DNA of 64,000 bases, taken from positions 131,502,001 through 131,566,000 of the forward strand of contig OX597817.1 in assembly GCA_951406725.2 (NCBI GenBank), read 5' to 3'. The position numbers were made by a program, and so were the translations under genes. The stretch comes from Octopus vulgaris (lineage: Eukaryota). The notes beneath the pieces were generated by a model. That model made no database searches, was not told the DNA's origin, and saw nothing but the letters and a program-made list of their open reading frames with translations. This document shows, in pieces, positions 23,880 through 38,752 of this stretch (position 1 is the first letter of the stretch; each line of letters starts with the position of its first letter).

Positions 23880-24780
23880 CTTTCTGTCCTAGTCTGTTGT
23901 CCCAGTTTTCAAAAATGGAAACAAGTCCTTTGTAGTGAACTACCGGCCAATCTCGCTCACCTCTCATATCATCAAGATATTTGAAAGGGTAATGAAATCA
24001 CGGATAACCCACCTTTTTGGAAGTAACATGGGTTCCTGCATTACCTTGATGGCAATTTGAGAGCTTTGGGAGAGGGCTCGAATACTGAAGTGACCTACCT
24101 TGATTTCAGCAAGGCCTTTGGCAGGGTGGATCATAAGATCCTCTTGAAAACCCTATCCAGCATTGGTGTCTCTGCAAAGTTACTACAACGAATCAGACCT
24201 AACAGGTTATAGTCGAAGCAGTAAAATCAATCCCAGCCAATGTCAGCAGTGCTGTTTCACAAGGTGCTGTGCTGGACGCACTTCTTTTCATCATCTACAT
24301 CAATGACATTACTGATATCATCAAGAACAGTAACATAAGAATCTTTGCAGATAATTCCAAGATCCAGAAAGTCATCAATGAAGTGAAGGACCGGACATGC
24401 CTTCAATCAGATCTACTGGCTATCATTCAATGGCTGGAAAAGAATAATATGCTGATGAACGAGGAGTAACTTGAGTTAATCAAATTCGGAAAAGAATATA
24501 CCCTGAAACTCCCATACTCCCTTCCTTCAGGTGAAACTCTCATGGCATCCAACAGCATCAGAAACTTGGAAGTAATTTTGGACAACAACATAAGCTGGGC
24601 CACTCATATAGACAGCAAAGTTGACATGGCCCATAGAATGTGTTCCTGGTTTCTCAGAACTTCCCAGTTGAGAGATATCCTCACCATTATCCTTCTCTCC
24701 TCTACTTTTGCTTGACCCTACCTTGAACACTGTTGTCCACTGTGATCTCCCTACACGAATCAAAGTAACATGAAATTGAA
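23880..24780 (+). mobile_element. CR1-group LINE reverse transcriptase fragment
   Basis: NYRPISLTSHIIKIFE, YLDFSKAF, LLFIIYINDI, IFADNSK (YADD-like); frameshifted. Confidence 0.85.
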
Positions 24781-24817
24781 CGCAAAACACGCCGAATTTA
24801 TGTACACACACACACAT

Positions 24818-25190
24818 ATAATATGTGACAATTATTCGGTAGCCATGAATAAACTCCAAGTTTCGGATGTCGGGACGAAAACCCACGCCGGCATCTCTTC
24901 AGCTTTCGGGCCATCAAAAAATGCTATGAAAATGACCGTTAAACAAAGGGAAATTACTGTGTGATTGACCATTATTAAGACAAAAAGGCTATTACAATGA
25001 CCGCTAAGGGGAGAGATGGCCCGATAACTGCAGAGATTCCAGCGTGGGTTTCCGCCCCGACATCCGAAACTCAGAGTTTTATCATGGCTACCGAATAATT
25101 GTCACATATTATACTTACAGATAAATTCCTCTATGTACATAATATCGAGGTCTCTTTCACTCTTTTGTTGTCTTACCATTCTATCAATAT
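24818..25190. mobile_element. Family H3 inverted-repeat element with two hammerhead motifs
   Basis: Minus motif ~24847-24907 (CUGAAGA..GAAA) and plus motif ~25023-25083 (CUGCAGA..GAAACUCAGAGUU). Homologous to 8130-8450. Confidence 0.78.
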
Positions 25191-26155
25191 ATATATACGT
25201 GTGTGTGTGTGCGTGTGTATGTGTGTGTATGTATGTATATAAATATATATATATACATATATATATATGTGTGTGCATATATATATATATATAAAATAGA
25301 GATGTATGTGTATTCGCTTTTCACGCAAAATCGGCTTCACCAATTGCTTCCATACATATGATGCATGAATAATTTGACCTCGGACACATGTTAGGCTCTT
25401 CATTTGACTTTTTTTTATTAAAATTTTTTTTAAATATTGCTTTTTATATTAGATTTACATCTTAGAAAGTTCTTTAAAATATTTACTTCCGGATTTCTAG
25501 CGTCAGTGACGTAACAACTACATGTATGCATATAATTCGCGGTTGAATGTTTACATTTTAACCGCTTCTACTTAATTTTAGTCGTACTGTTTTATTTATT
25601 TAATTACTTTTTTTGCTCCCTTTTATATATTTCTTTCTTGAAAATCTTACTCTTCGCCTCCTTATAGAAACATTTTCGCGCGTGTGTGTGTGTGTTCGTG
25701 TCGTAAATAAACGAAGGTTTAAATCTTTTGGAACTACGTTTTCTGTGTTTCTTCAAATGATTTCTATTACTAAATCGAACGTAAAAGAAATAAGTGAAGT
25801 GTCCCACAATAATATCTAGATCCGATATTAATTTCGATTTTAGTACAGTAAACGGCAAGTTACTGCCGGCTTATAAACACGGGACATATCGCACATACAT
25901 ACAAATCTATCTATCGATCTAACTCTCTATATCTGTATATCTCTCTATATCTCTCTATATTTCTCAATATATCAATATATCTCTCTATCTATCTCTTTAT
26001 CTATCTCTATCTGCCCATCTTTCTATATATATCTATGTATCTATCATTATCTCTCTCTCTCTTTTAGACCCGATATTACTTTTGGTTTTAGTACATTAAA
26101 TGGCGAGTTACTGCTGGCTTTTAATTACGAGACATATCACACTCACACACAAATC

Positions 26156-26230
<75 letters not shown>

Positions 26231-26233
26231 CTA

Positions 26234-26301
<68 letters not shown>

Positions 26302-26346
26302 AATTTATCTATCTATATCTCTCTTATTTGTCTAAGTAGCTCTCTT

Positions 26347-26387
<41 letters not shown>

Positions 26388-26649
26388 CTCCCTATATCTC
26401 ACTCACTCCCTATGGTTTTTCCTTTACTTTTTCAGACGTTAGTTTTGCACTTTACGTTCTATCTCTATTGATTTCACTGTACGTTTTCAATCGCTATTTA
26501 CAAACAACAAATTACTGACAGAAAGATGTTCACAATTTCACCTCACGACTATTTCCATGCTGGCATGGGTTGGGGAGTTATTAATGTAGAAATTTCGTAC
26601 TTGAGACCTGCATAATCTAGACGGCGTTCTTAAATTTCATTATTTTCTT

Positions 26650-26680
26650 TAACTCGGGCAACGCCGGGTATTTCTGCTAG
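26650..26680 (+). mobile_element. Helitron-like 3' terminus (hairpin plus CTAG|T)
   Basis: CTCGGGCAACGCCGGG-TATTTCTG-CTAG-T. Similar ends at ~20781-20810 (+) and 55299-55330 (-). Confidence 0.55.
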
Positions 26681-27398
26681 TATATGTGCGTGTGTTTGTG
26701 TGTGTACATATACATACACACACACAAACACATATACACGCACACACACACATATGCATATACATATAAACATTGCAACAATGTAACCTTTAATTTAATC
26801 AAGATATCTATGGCTTGAAGAGTAGCCTGCTTTTTTATACCTCACTGGGATTTTTACCACTTCTGAGGTTCCGCTCTCTATGAAACATATGTAACTCGGA
26901 TCTTACCTACTCCATTCCGTAACTCTTGTATTCTTATTCGCACACCGGCAACCTTGATCACTTACCGTGGAATATAAAAAGAACTTTTTTTAGAAAAAAT
27001 TCCACAACCTTCCGTCTCAATAAACCACTATTATCCCAGAAAGTTTTTTTTTTTTTTTCTTCCTTCACCACGATCGCTGGATCTTACATTTCCTGTTGAG
27101 TTACGGCAAAATCTCAAATTTTATCTAATTTGCTTTGCGGGAGCAACTGTTTTATCGAAAGCGTATATTATTGTTAAATGCTCGAAATACAAGAGTAGAA
27201 AAACAGCCAACAACTGATGAAGGGTCATTCTTTATATTTGTTTTGTTTTCTATTTGTGCCTTTCGTTGTTCGAAAGAATAGTTCATGTTCCATGTACTCG
27301 TGCTTCGTACTTTCTGTTGTGCACGTTTCATATGTGTCCTGTGCCCACATATACATATCGATGTAAGTACGTACTATACGTATGTATATATGCATACA

Positions 27399-27535
<137 letters not shown>

Positions 27536-28107
27536 TGTGCCTTTGTAAGCCTTTATATATATAAATGTGTTTCTATGCATGTATGTACAGTAAAATTCGT
27601 AATCTTGGATAACTTTGTATGCCATAGGGAAAAGAGGAATGCGTTTCATTTCTCCCTATGGAATATAAACGTTTGCAACATTACTAAACTTTACATTCTC
27701 ATGCCAAAACAAGAGCTAAACCTTTTGGGAAAATATTTCTGCCTCGTTTTTCACAAACAACTTTTATCTAAAAGAATTTCATCCTATCACTTGTTATGAT
27801 TAAATTCCACTTGATCGATAGCTTGCATTTTTCAAATCTGCACACGTACACTGACATAGACAACCGCTTACTTTCCAACCACACGGTTCAGGGTTCTATC
27901 CAACTGGGAGGCACATTGGGCAAACGTCTTCTTCTATAGCCTCGGTCTGACCAAAGCCTTGTGAGTGCATTTGGCAGGCGGAAACTTGAAGCAATCCGTC
28001 TTATATATAGATCCATACATGTTGTGCACCTGAGCACTTTATACAACAATTTCGCTCATATCATTTCATGTATTTATGGATGCATGAATGATTTTGTGTG
28101 TGCGTGC

Positions 28108-28206
<99 letters not shown>

Positions 28207-28207
28207 C

Positions 28208-28281
<74 letters not shown>

Positions 28282-28286
28282 ATAAC

Positions 28287-31200
28287 GCCTGCACAGCCGT
28301 CCCCCCAATGCTTTTACTAAATATTGGGGGCCTGTTACATCAAAATAGAAACAAAATTTCTTTCCTGAGAGATCTTACTGCATGCAATCAAGCCCTATGC
28401 ATAGCACTCGTGGAAACTCACCTCAGCCCTGATATAGAGGACGCAGAAGTACACATACCAAACTATGCTATACTGCGAACAGACAGAAGGGAAAGGACCC
28501 ATGGTGGAGTTGCTGTATACATCCGAGATGACCTCACGACCCCCAGGTCTTAATGACATACTCAAATTCGGTATGTGACACTTTAGTTGTATACATAACG
28601 CAACATAATATAGTCATTGCCCACCGGATGCTCCAAATCACATAGGCAAGTTTGAAGATTGCCTCACAAGAATTAAAGAAATCCTCATGAATCTGGAACA
28701 CCACGTGACCATATTTCTTAGGGGTGATTTCAAATTCCCCAACGTCAAATGGCCCGAAGGTCTCATACTCTCAGGAATGAATCATTGCAAGCAAGTACAG
28801 ATGGAGTCCCTGCTCAACCGCACCAATGCCTTATTCATGGAGCAAGTTGTACTCAAACCAACTAGGGCGAATAACATTCTCGATCTCTGCTTCACGAACA
28901 ATATGGACATCATTCTTGATGTGAAAGTGACACCGACATTAGTCTCGGATCACAACATAATAGAGTTGTCTATGTTTGGGCCGAAAGTAACCAGAGACAT
29001 ACAGCCTAAAGGAAGCACCCGAAATCTCTCCAATCTGAACTTCCACAAAGCAGATTGGAAATCGATCCAAAAAGAGATCCTCAGAGAGGACTAGCCGGAA
29101 TGTCTCTCCACACCAGACATTAACATGAAACTAGAATGTTTTATGTCTTCTGTGTAAGCCGTATGCCAGAAATATGTCCCAGAGCACAAGGCCAAAACAA
29201 ATAGGAGCAAAATTCCAAGAGACAGGAAGATCCTCATAAGACGACGGACGAAGGTTGCAAATCGTCTCAACCAACATCACCAAAGTAGCGAAACGTCCCG
29301 CCTAAAAACAACACTGATGGAGATCGAAAAAAGGCTGCAACAATCCTATGTGAGGGAGAAAGCAGACAAAGACGTCTGGGTTATAAAAAACATTAAATCA
29401 AACTCAAAGACCTTCTTTCATTAAACGAAAGAAACAGTCTCAATACACTACAAGATAGGACCCCTCCTCCAAAAGGAAGGCTCTCTCACAGACAGTCCAA
29501 CTAAGATCAGTGAGATGCTGAATGACCTGTTCAAAAGCGTCTTTACCATCCCGTTGGAACACAGACAAGTGAACGAACCAGTGGACTTCCTTGCCGCTTC
29601 ACCTATAACCAGCGAGGCAGTTACAATAGAATGTATTGACATTAGCGAAGAAGATGTCCTACTAACCATAGACGAAGTGGACACAAACTCAACTGCTGGT
29701 CCAGATGGTTTCCCAGCAATCCTCCTCAAAGTGTGTAAGCATGCCCTGGCAAAACCCCTCAAGATTCTCTTCCAGAGCTTTCTTACAAATGGCAAACTGC
29801 CAAGCAAGCTGAAGGAGGGAATAATATACCCAATACATAAAGGGGAAAGTAGAGCAGATGCCAAAAACTATAGGCCTATCTCTCTGACTTCACACATCAA
29901 CAAAGTCATGGAACGGATAGTCAGAAAGAAACTAATCGCATTCCTTGAGGAAAATAGCTTGCTGAGTGATACCCAGCATGGTTTTCGACCAGGTAGGACT
30001 GGCCTGACCCAGCTCTTACAACATTATGACTGGGTGTTGAGGCAGCTACTCAACAAATCAAATGTGAACGTAATCTACCTTGATTTTGCAAAAGTTTTTG
30101 ACAAGGTGGATCATGGTATGATATGCCACAAACTGCGTGACCTCGGCAGAGCTGGAAAAATTGGAGTGTGATTATATGACTTCCTGAAAGATAGGAGTCA
30201 GGCAGTAGTGGTTAATGGAGCCACCTCTATGAACGCACAAATAGTGACCGGTGTTCCACAGGGCACTGACTTGGGACCACTGCTTTTTATAGTGGCCCTC
30301 TCAGATATGCCCTCAAATGCCCGGATAGCCACTCTAGCAAGCTATGCAGACGATACGAAAGTCTCGCAGAAAATACAGAATCCCAGCGATGTTGCACACC
30401 TGCATCTGGAGTTGGACTCAATCTACAGATGGGCTGAGGATAATGATATGCAGTTTAATGCTGAAAAATTCCAGGCCCTGTGCTACCAGTATCCAAAACT
30501 GAATATTAAACTTACAGGATACACCGGTCCACAGGGAATTTCAATCCCAGAGCCTAAGTCTGTGAAGGACCTGGGTATCGACATGAGTGAGGATACCTAT
30601 TTCCAAGTGCACATTACCAGGATGGCGACAAAGTGCAGACGACTGGCTGGATGGATCCTAAGAACATTCAGAACCAGAGATAAGGAAACCATGATGGTCC
30701 TCTGGCTGATGGTCCGCCTGGATTACTGCTCACAGCTATGGTCACCCACCAGTGTGAAATTAACAGCGGACCTTGAAGCAATCCAGAGAAGATTCACAAA
30801 GAAGATCGTCTCTTTGTAACAGCTCAGCTACTGGTAAAGGTTGAAACAGCTAAGACTCTACTCCATAGAGAGAAGACGGGAGAGGTATGCAGTAATATAT
30901 GTCTGGAAGATCCTGGAAGGAATTGTGCCAAATTTTGGCATTGTAAGCTACACCAATGCTAGAACGGGACGACACTGCATAGTGCCAAAGATCCCAGCAA
31001 TGCCATCACGCTTCAGGATCAGCTACTGCAACAGCCTGGGTTTCAAGGGCCCACAGCTTTTTAATATTCTCCCAAAGAGTCTGAGGAACTTGCACAAAGT
31101 AGATGTAGCGGTTTTTAAATCAAAGCTGGACATCTTCCTGTCGAGAGTCCCAGATGAACCTACCTCACGGCAAGAGGTGCAAATGAGAGTAGCTATATCA

Positions 31201-31328
31201 AACTCCATTCTTCACCAAGTGCCACATATTAGAGTTAGAGGAGGTTCTTCGTAATAACAGTGTAGCACAAAACAGCGGTGCATCAGCATGGCCGCCGCTC
31301 TGAGCTGAAACAAGAAAAACGAAAAAGG
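28287..31328 (+). mobile_element. CR1-group LINE, near-complete ORF2 (APE endonuclease plus RT), inactivated by stops and frameshifts
   Basis: LVETHL, GGVAVYI, GDF, LDLCFTN, SDH (APE); NYRPISLTS, QHGFRPGR, YLDFAKVFDKVDH, GVPQG, YADD (RT); LYSIERRRERY C-terminus; short 3' tail then (TA)n. Confidence 0.93.
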
Positions 31329-31348
31329 AAATATATATATATATATTA

Positions 31349-31437
<89 letters not shown>

Positions 31438-31496
31438 CATATATATATATATGTGTGTGTATGTATGTATATATGTATGTATGTATATACATATAT

Positions 31497-31573
<77 letters not shown>

Positions 31574-31650
31574 CAAAATGTGACCGCGTGTGTACCGTTG
31601 GCGATTTTTTTTCCTCCGTCTCCCCTTCTCTGGATCTTTCCTGTTCCTAT

Positions 31651-31685
31651 GTTTCTGACGAAGAGCTTCGCTCGAAACGTAAAAC
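31651..31685 (+). ncRNA. Minimal type I hammerhead ribozyme motif (H1-related, within repeat ~31578-31790)
   Basis: GUUU-CUGACGA-A-GAGC-UUC-GCUC-GAAA-CG-UA-AAAC: intact core, loop-less palindromic stem III (ACGU), GUA site. Confidence 0.75.
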
Positions 31686-31871
31686 CCTCCTTCTCCCCTT
31701 CCTTCCTGAGCGTCCAATAATACTATATTTGTTCGACGTCCTCGCGTTGTTGTGTTTTCTCTTTGTGTTTTCATGTTTGGATTAACATTATATACATATA
31801 TATATATATATATATATACAAAATCAGAAAATGGAGAATAGAGGGTTGAATTTGCAACCCCTATCTCAATT

Positions 31872-31902
<31 letters not shown>

Positions 31903-31905
<3 letters not shown>

Positions 31906-32282
31906 CAGGAGTGGCTGTGTGATAAGTAGCTTGCTTACCAACCACATGGTTCCTGGTTCAGTCCCACTGCGTGGCACCGTGGTTAGGTGTCTTCTACTAT
32001 AATCTCGGCCGACGAATGACTTGCGAGTGGATTTGGTAGACGGAAACTGAAAGAAATCCGTCGAATATGTATGTATGTATATGTTTGTATGTCTTTGTAT
32101 GCCCCACCCCAGCATCGCTTGACCACTGATGCGTGTGTTTTTATGTCCCCCGTAACTTAGCGGTTCGGCACACGCAACCGATAGAATAAGTACTAGGCTT
32201 ACAGAGAATAAGTCCTGAGGTCGATTGCTCGACTAAAGGCGATGCTCCTGCATGGCCGTTGTCAAATGACTGAAACAAATAA
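31903..32282 (+). mobile_element. SINE family A
   Basis: Head, core, internal microsatellite and tail as in 60355-60735. Confidence 0.88.
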
Positions 32283-32298
32283 ATGATGTATATATATG

Positions 32299-32370
<72 letters not shown>

Positions 32371-32384
32371 TGTATGTATATATA

Positions 32385-32428
<44 letters not shown>

Positions 32429-32717
32429 CTTATGTATATTTATGCATGGATATATATGAATATATTTTTCGTAACTTTATTTATGTACGTGCGGTATATG
32501 GTTGTGTCTGTTTAATTAGGTACGTGCATGGGTGAATGCATCTGTGCAAAAATGTGCATCTATCTATGTATCTCTCGGTCTGTCTGTCTATCTATCTATC
32601 TCTATATGTATATATATCTTTCATTTGGAGTTTATTTAAATAGCTTTAAAAATATATTGCTCACGCACTCTCATCCATATATATATATATATATATACAT
32701 ACATATACATATATATA

Positions 32718-32773
<56 letters not shown>

Positions 32774-32780
32774 CATATAC

Positions 32781-32820
<40 letters not shown>

Positions 32821-33279
32821 TGCGTGAGCAATATATTTTTAAAGTTATTTAAATAACCTCGAAATGAAAGATATCAGCTGATAAGAATCTTATAAGCAAA
32901 AGGCATTATAGGCAAACAACACCAGATGGCGGTGTTCATTTAGGGAGAGTTAAATGTCACTTGGTAAATTCATCTGTGAAATTCTCTGGTATTCTACGAA
33001 TCTGTGGTTAAGATAGGAATTAACTTCTGTTAAAAACACCTGTTCACCACCTGCCTTGCCAAATGTATAATAACAACATATATTATCAACCTTGTATATA
33101 CACCCAGGTCAACACATTTATCGTACTCAATTAACAGCTAGTTTTGTTGACTGTTTCGCGGTGGTTTATTTTCGTGTATATAAGTGCGCAATTGATTACG
33201 AACATATATATATTTCTGTGTTTGTATGTATGTATATATGTACGTGTGCGCGTAGTGTGTGTATGTATATATATATATA

Positions 33280-33452
33280 TGGTAAGTAGCTTGCTTACCA
33301 ACCACATGGTTCCAGGTTCAATCCCACTATGTGGCACCTTGGGCGAGGGTCTTCTAATATAGCCTCGAGCCGACCAATGCTTTGTGAGTGGATTTGGTAG
33401 ATGGAAAGGGAAAGAAACCCGTCGTATATATGTACATGTATATATGTATATA

Positions 33453-33513
<61 letters not shown>

Positions 33514-33741
33514 GCGTGTGTGTGTGTGTGTGTGTGCTTGTGTCTGTGTTCGTCCCCCCCCCAACATAGCTTGACAACCGATGCTGGTGTGTTTACGTCT
33601 GCGTAACTTTGCGGTTCAGCAAAAGTGACGGATACAATAAGTACTTGGCTTACAAAGAATAAGTCCGGGGATCGATTTGATTCAACTAAAGGCGGTGCTC
33701 CAGCATGGCCGCAGTTAAATGACTGAAACAAGTAAAAAGAG
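33280..33741 (+). mobile_element. SINE family A with expanded internal microsatellite
   Basis: Slightly 5'-truncated head; (TA)/(TG) run ~33425-33535; standard tail. Confidence 0.88.
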
Positions 33742-33769
33742 CGAATACATATATATATAATGGGAAAGT

Positions 33770-33965
33770 TTACGAAAATAAACAAAGTCGAAGGCAGGTG
33801 GAGTACAAACAAACAAATGTATTAGTATAGCGCTCAGGAATAGAAATAGAAAAAGTCTATTACGTTTCGAGCCTACGCTCTTCGACAGAAAGATACACAG
33901 AAAAAAAAACAAGGAGAGAAAAAAAGGCGTGTAGGAGCTAACGATCTATCATTGCGTCCATGTTG
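33770..33965 (-). mobile_element. Short hammerhead-bearing repeat (family H1)
   Basis: Copy of 13765-13965; motif at 33856-33893. Confidence 0.75.
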
Positions 33966-33966
33966 A

Positions 33967-35112
<1,146 letters not shown>

Positions 35113-35194
35113 TATATATATATAAGTCAACATTTTAATGTCCTAAAGTTGATGAACCAACTAATGTGCTTCTCCATTTTTTTATTTGCAATTA

Positions 35195-35327
<133 letters not shown>

Positions 35328-35418
35328 CTTTTCAATTCCCGAGCGTTATACTAATACATCTGTTTGTTTTCTACACCACCTGTCTTCGTCCTTTGTTTTT
35401 TTCGTGAATTCTCCCTAT

Positions 35419-35459
<41 letters not shown>

Positions 35460-35473
35460 CGCGTATATGTACA

Positions 35474-37746
35474 TAGCCCCTGATATATCAGATGCGGAAG
35501 TTGCTATGTACATCCGTGAAGATGTCACAACTTGTATTACTCTTACATTCAAACTCAGTTTGCGACGCCTTAATAATACATATAAAGCAAACCGATGTAG
35601 CTGTATGAACAATATATCGTCCGCTGAATACCACAAAATATGATGGAAATTTGAGGATAACCTCAAACACATCGAAGAAGTATTTACAAATCTAGATCAG
35701 AATATTAACATACTCTTCTTGGGTGATTTCCACCTCCCACATGTCAAATGACCAGAAGGCCCCACACTCTCTGGGATGTCGATGCATGAACAAAATCATG
35801 TAGTGTCATGATTGTAAGTTACTAACAAGCTATTCATGGAGCAAGTGATACTCAGGCCAACCAGGGGAAACAGCATGTTGGACCTGTGCTTCACAAATAA
35901 TGTGGACCTCATCCATTATGTGAAGGTGGTACCAACGGCACTCTCAGATCGCAACATTGTTGAACTAACTATGTATGGTCCTGCGCGAACTGTTAGTATC
36001 TACCCTATCACGAGGACTCAAGCCTTATCCAACCTGAATTTCCATAAGGCAAAATGGGAATCGATCCGCAAAGAGATCCACAAACGAAACTGGTCCGATA
36101 TTCTGTGTATGCAAGGCATTGATCTGAAACTCAGCCAATGCAAGCTATATGCCCTAAATATATCCCAGAAAGAAAGGCTAGCACACTCTCAAACAAGATT
36201 CCCAGGGACAGAAAAATCTTCATGAGACGCAGGTCAGATATCTCAAAGCTGCTGAATGGGCAACTAAAGGATAAAGAGTAGTCTATCTTAACACGGATGC
36301 TCCTAGAAATTGAAAGCCAAATCAAATTCTCTCACGAAAGAGCAGAGAGAGAGAGAGAAAAGGATTGTGGAAATCATAAAACAAATCCCAAAGCTTTCTA
36401 TAAATTCGCAAATGAAACAGGCACAATACAATATAAAATAGGACCCTTGTTTCAAGGGAATAACTTACTGACGGCGGACCCAGGAAGGGTAAACGAGATG
36501 CTCAGTGAGCACATGCGGATAAAACATCCGGCTGAATTCTTTGATATTGCAGCTCTAAGAAGAGAGGCGCCTGCCATCGACTTCATCGACATTGAGGAAA
36601 CATATGTAACAGCGGCCATAGATGAAATAAGCTCATCCTACACCATTCGTCCTGATGGCTTCCCTGCTGTTCTCCTAAAGTCATGTAAGCAGAGTCTAGC
36701 GAAACCACTTCAGATACTTTTCCAAAGTTTCTTTGCGAGTGATATATTTCCTAAAAAGCTGAAAGAAGACATTATATACCCTATCCACAAAGGTGGAAGC
36801 AGAGCAAATGCCAAAAACTATAGGCCAATCTCTCTGACTTCGCACATCAGTAAAGTCATGGAGCGAATCATCGGAATGAAGTTGATAAATATTCCTAGAA
36901 GAAAATGACCTACTGAAAAATGCACAGCATAGCTTCCGTCCAAGAAGCTGCCTCACACAGCTCCTACTGAGTTTTGAAACAGCTGCTTGACCATTCAGAT
37001 GTCAGTGAAAGACTTTGGGATCAGTGTGTGTAAGGACGCATCATTTTATATGCGCATTAGCAAGATGGCAACAAAGTGCAGACAACTGGCAGGATGGACA
37101 CTAGGTCCTTCAAAACAAGAGAGCAAGAAACTATGTTGACCCTGTAGAGAACCTTTGTTCTCAGCCAAAATAACAGCAGAGCTTCAAGGAGTCAAGTGTA
37201 TACACTACACTAAAATGATTGAAAGAGTGCAGCGGATGAGCTACAGGTATAGGCTGAGAAAACTATAGCTTTACTCCATGGAGCGAAGGCGTGAGAGATA
37301 TACAATAATACAAATATAGAAAATCCTAAAAGGGCTACTACCTAACTTGGTATTGAGTGTTGTACAAATTTCAGAACTGGCCGCCATTGTATTGTACCAA
37401 ATGTACCATCCTCTCCATCCAAATTCAGGACGAGGTATTGCAACAGTCTAGGGTTCAAAGGCCCACAGCTCTTCAATGCTCCGCCACAAAAATTAAGAAA
37501 TTTGCATAAGGTGGAAGTAGATGTCTTCAGAAAGGAACTAGACGTCTTTCGCTCCACAATACCAGATGAACAAACAACCCAACATATGTTAGAGACGAGG
37601 GCAGCGAAATCAAACTCCCTTATATACTAAATGGGCCAACAGATAGGTCAAAGGCACAAACAGACTGAGGAAGTTACGAAGACTATGGTGGTGATCCAGC
37701 ATGACCACGGGCGCATGGCTGAAACAAGTAAAAGAGTAAAAGAGTA
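35474..37746 (+). mobile_element. Second CR1-group LINE, older and internally deleted
   Basis: LDLCFTNN, NFHKAKW, PDGFPAVLLK, NYRPISLTSHISKVME; YCNSLGFKGPQLFN near the end; tail (GAGTAAAA)n. Colinear with 28287-31328. Confidence 0.88.
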
Positions 37747-38152
37747 TATGTTATACACACACAACACACACACACACATTGAGTGAAATAAAGTTAAAGG
37801 AATACTGCAAGCAGTCACTTTAAGTGAGTAGGATTTGTTAACATGTCCAATGCTTTCGGTGAATCTTTCAGATACCTATAGAGCCATGACCAGACACCAT
37901 CGTGGGGCTTCTCACCCTAGACTCAGCAGACCATTCTGCGTGTGACAGCAAGAGAAGGAGAGGAATGTGTCGCCATCTGGGTGGTACTCATTGTAGTTGA
38001 ATATACTGGGGTAATGTGAAATAAAGTGTCTTGCTCAAGGACACAAAGCCATACACGTCACCTAAATATATTTTTTCTTATTTGTATTGAGCCATGGGAC
38101 ACCCATGGCCAGTAACGACAATTCAAAGATAAAGTATATATGTAGTGTGTGT

Positions 38153-38470
38153 AAAGGCGTGTGGCTTAGTGGTTAGGGCGTTCGGCTCATGATCGTAAGG
38201 TCGTGAGTATAATCCCCAGCGATGTGTTGTGCCCTTGAACAAGACACTTTATTTCACATTGCTCCAGCCCACTCAGCTGGCAAAAAATGAGTTGGACCTG
38301 TATTTCAAAAAGCCAGCCTTGTTACATTTTATGTCACGCTGAATCTCCCCGTGAACTACGTTAAGGGTACACGTGTCTGTGGAATGCTCAGCCACTTGCA
38401 CGTTAATTTCAGGAGCAATCTTTACCATTGATCGTACCAGCTGGTGCCCTCGGCGTCGTAACCGATGGAG
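38153..38470 (+). mobile_element. SINE family C
   Basis: Aligns with 13994-14292. Confidence 0.82.
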
Positions 38471-38475
38471 TAAGA

Positions 38476-38514
<39 letters not shown>

Positions 38515-38752
38515 CGGAAAAAAATTCGTTATAGGTATAAAGATACTATAAACAAATGTAAAAATGGAGAAAATATGTTAAAATCAAAATTGGATTTAAT
38601 ACAAAATTGAATTTAATATATACGCTCGTTTCAAAAGACTGGTTTTTATGAATATGATGAATTTTTACTGGAAATTATTGTTTCTCTCTTTTTGGATCAT
38701 TAAGAAAGTTTGACTTCTTCTTTTTGAACTTATTTTTCCTCACATATATATA

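Noticed and set aside
27205-27240. CTGATGA as a hammerhead core (also at ~12643)
   Set aside because: No correctly placed stem II, GAAA and stem I partner could be found.
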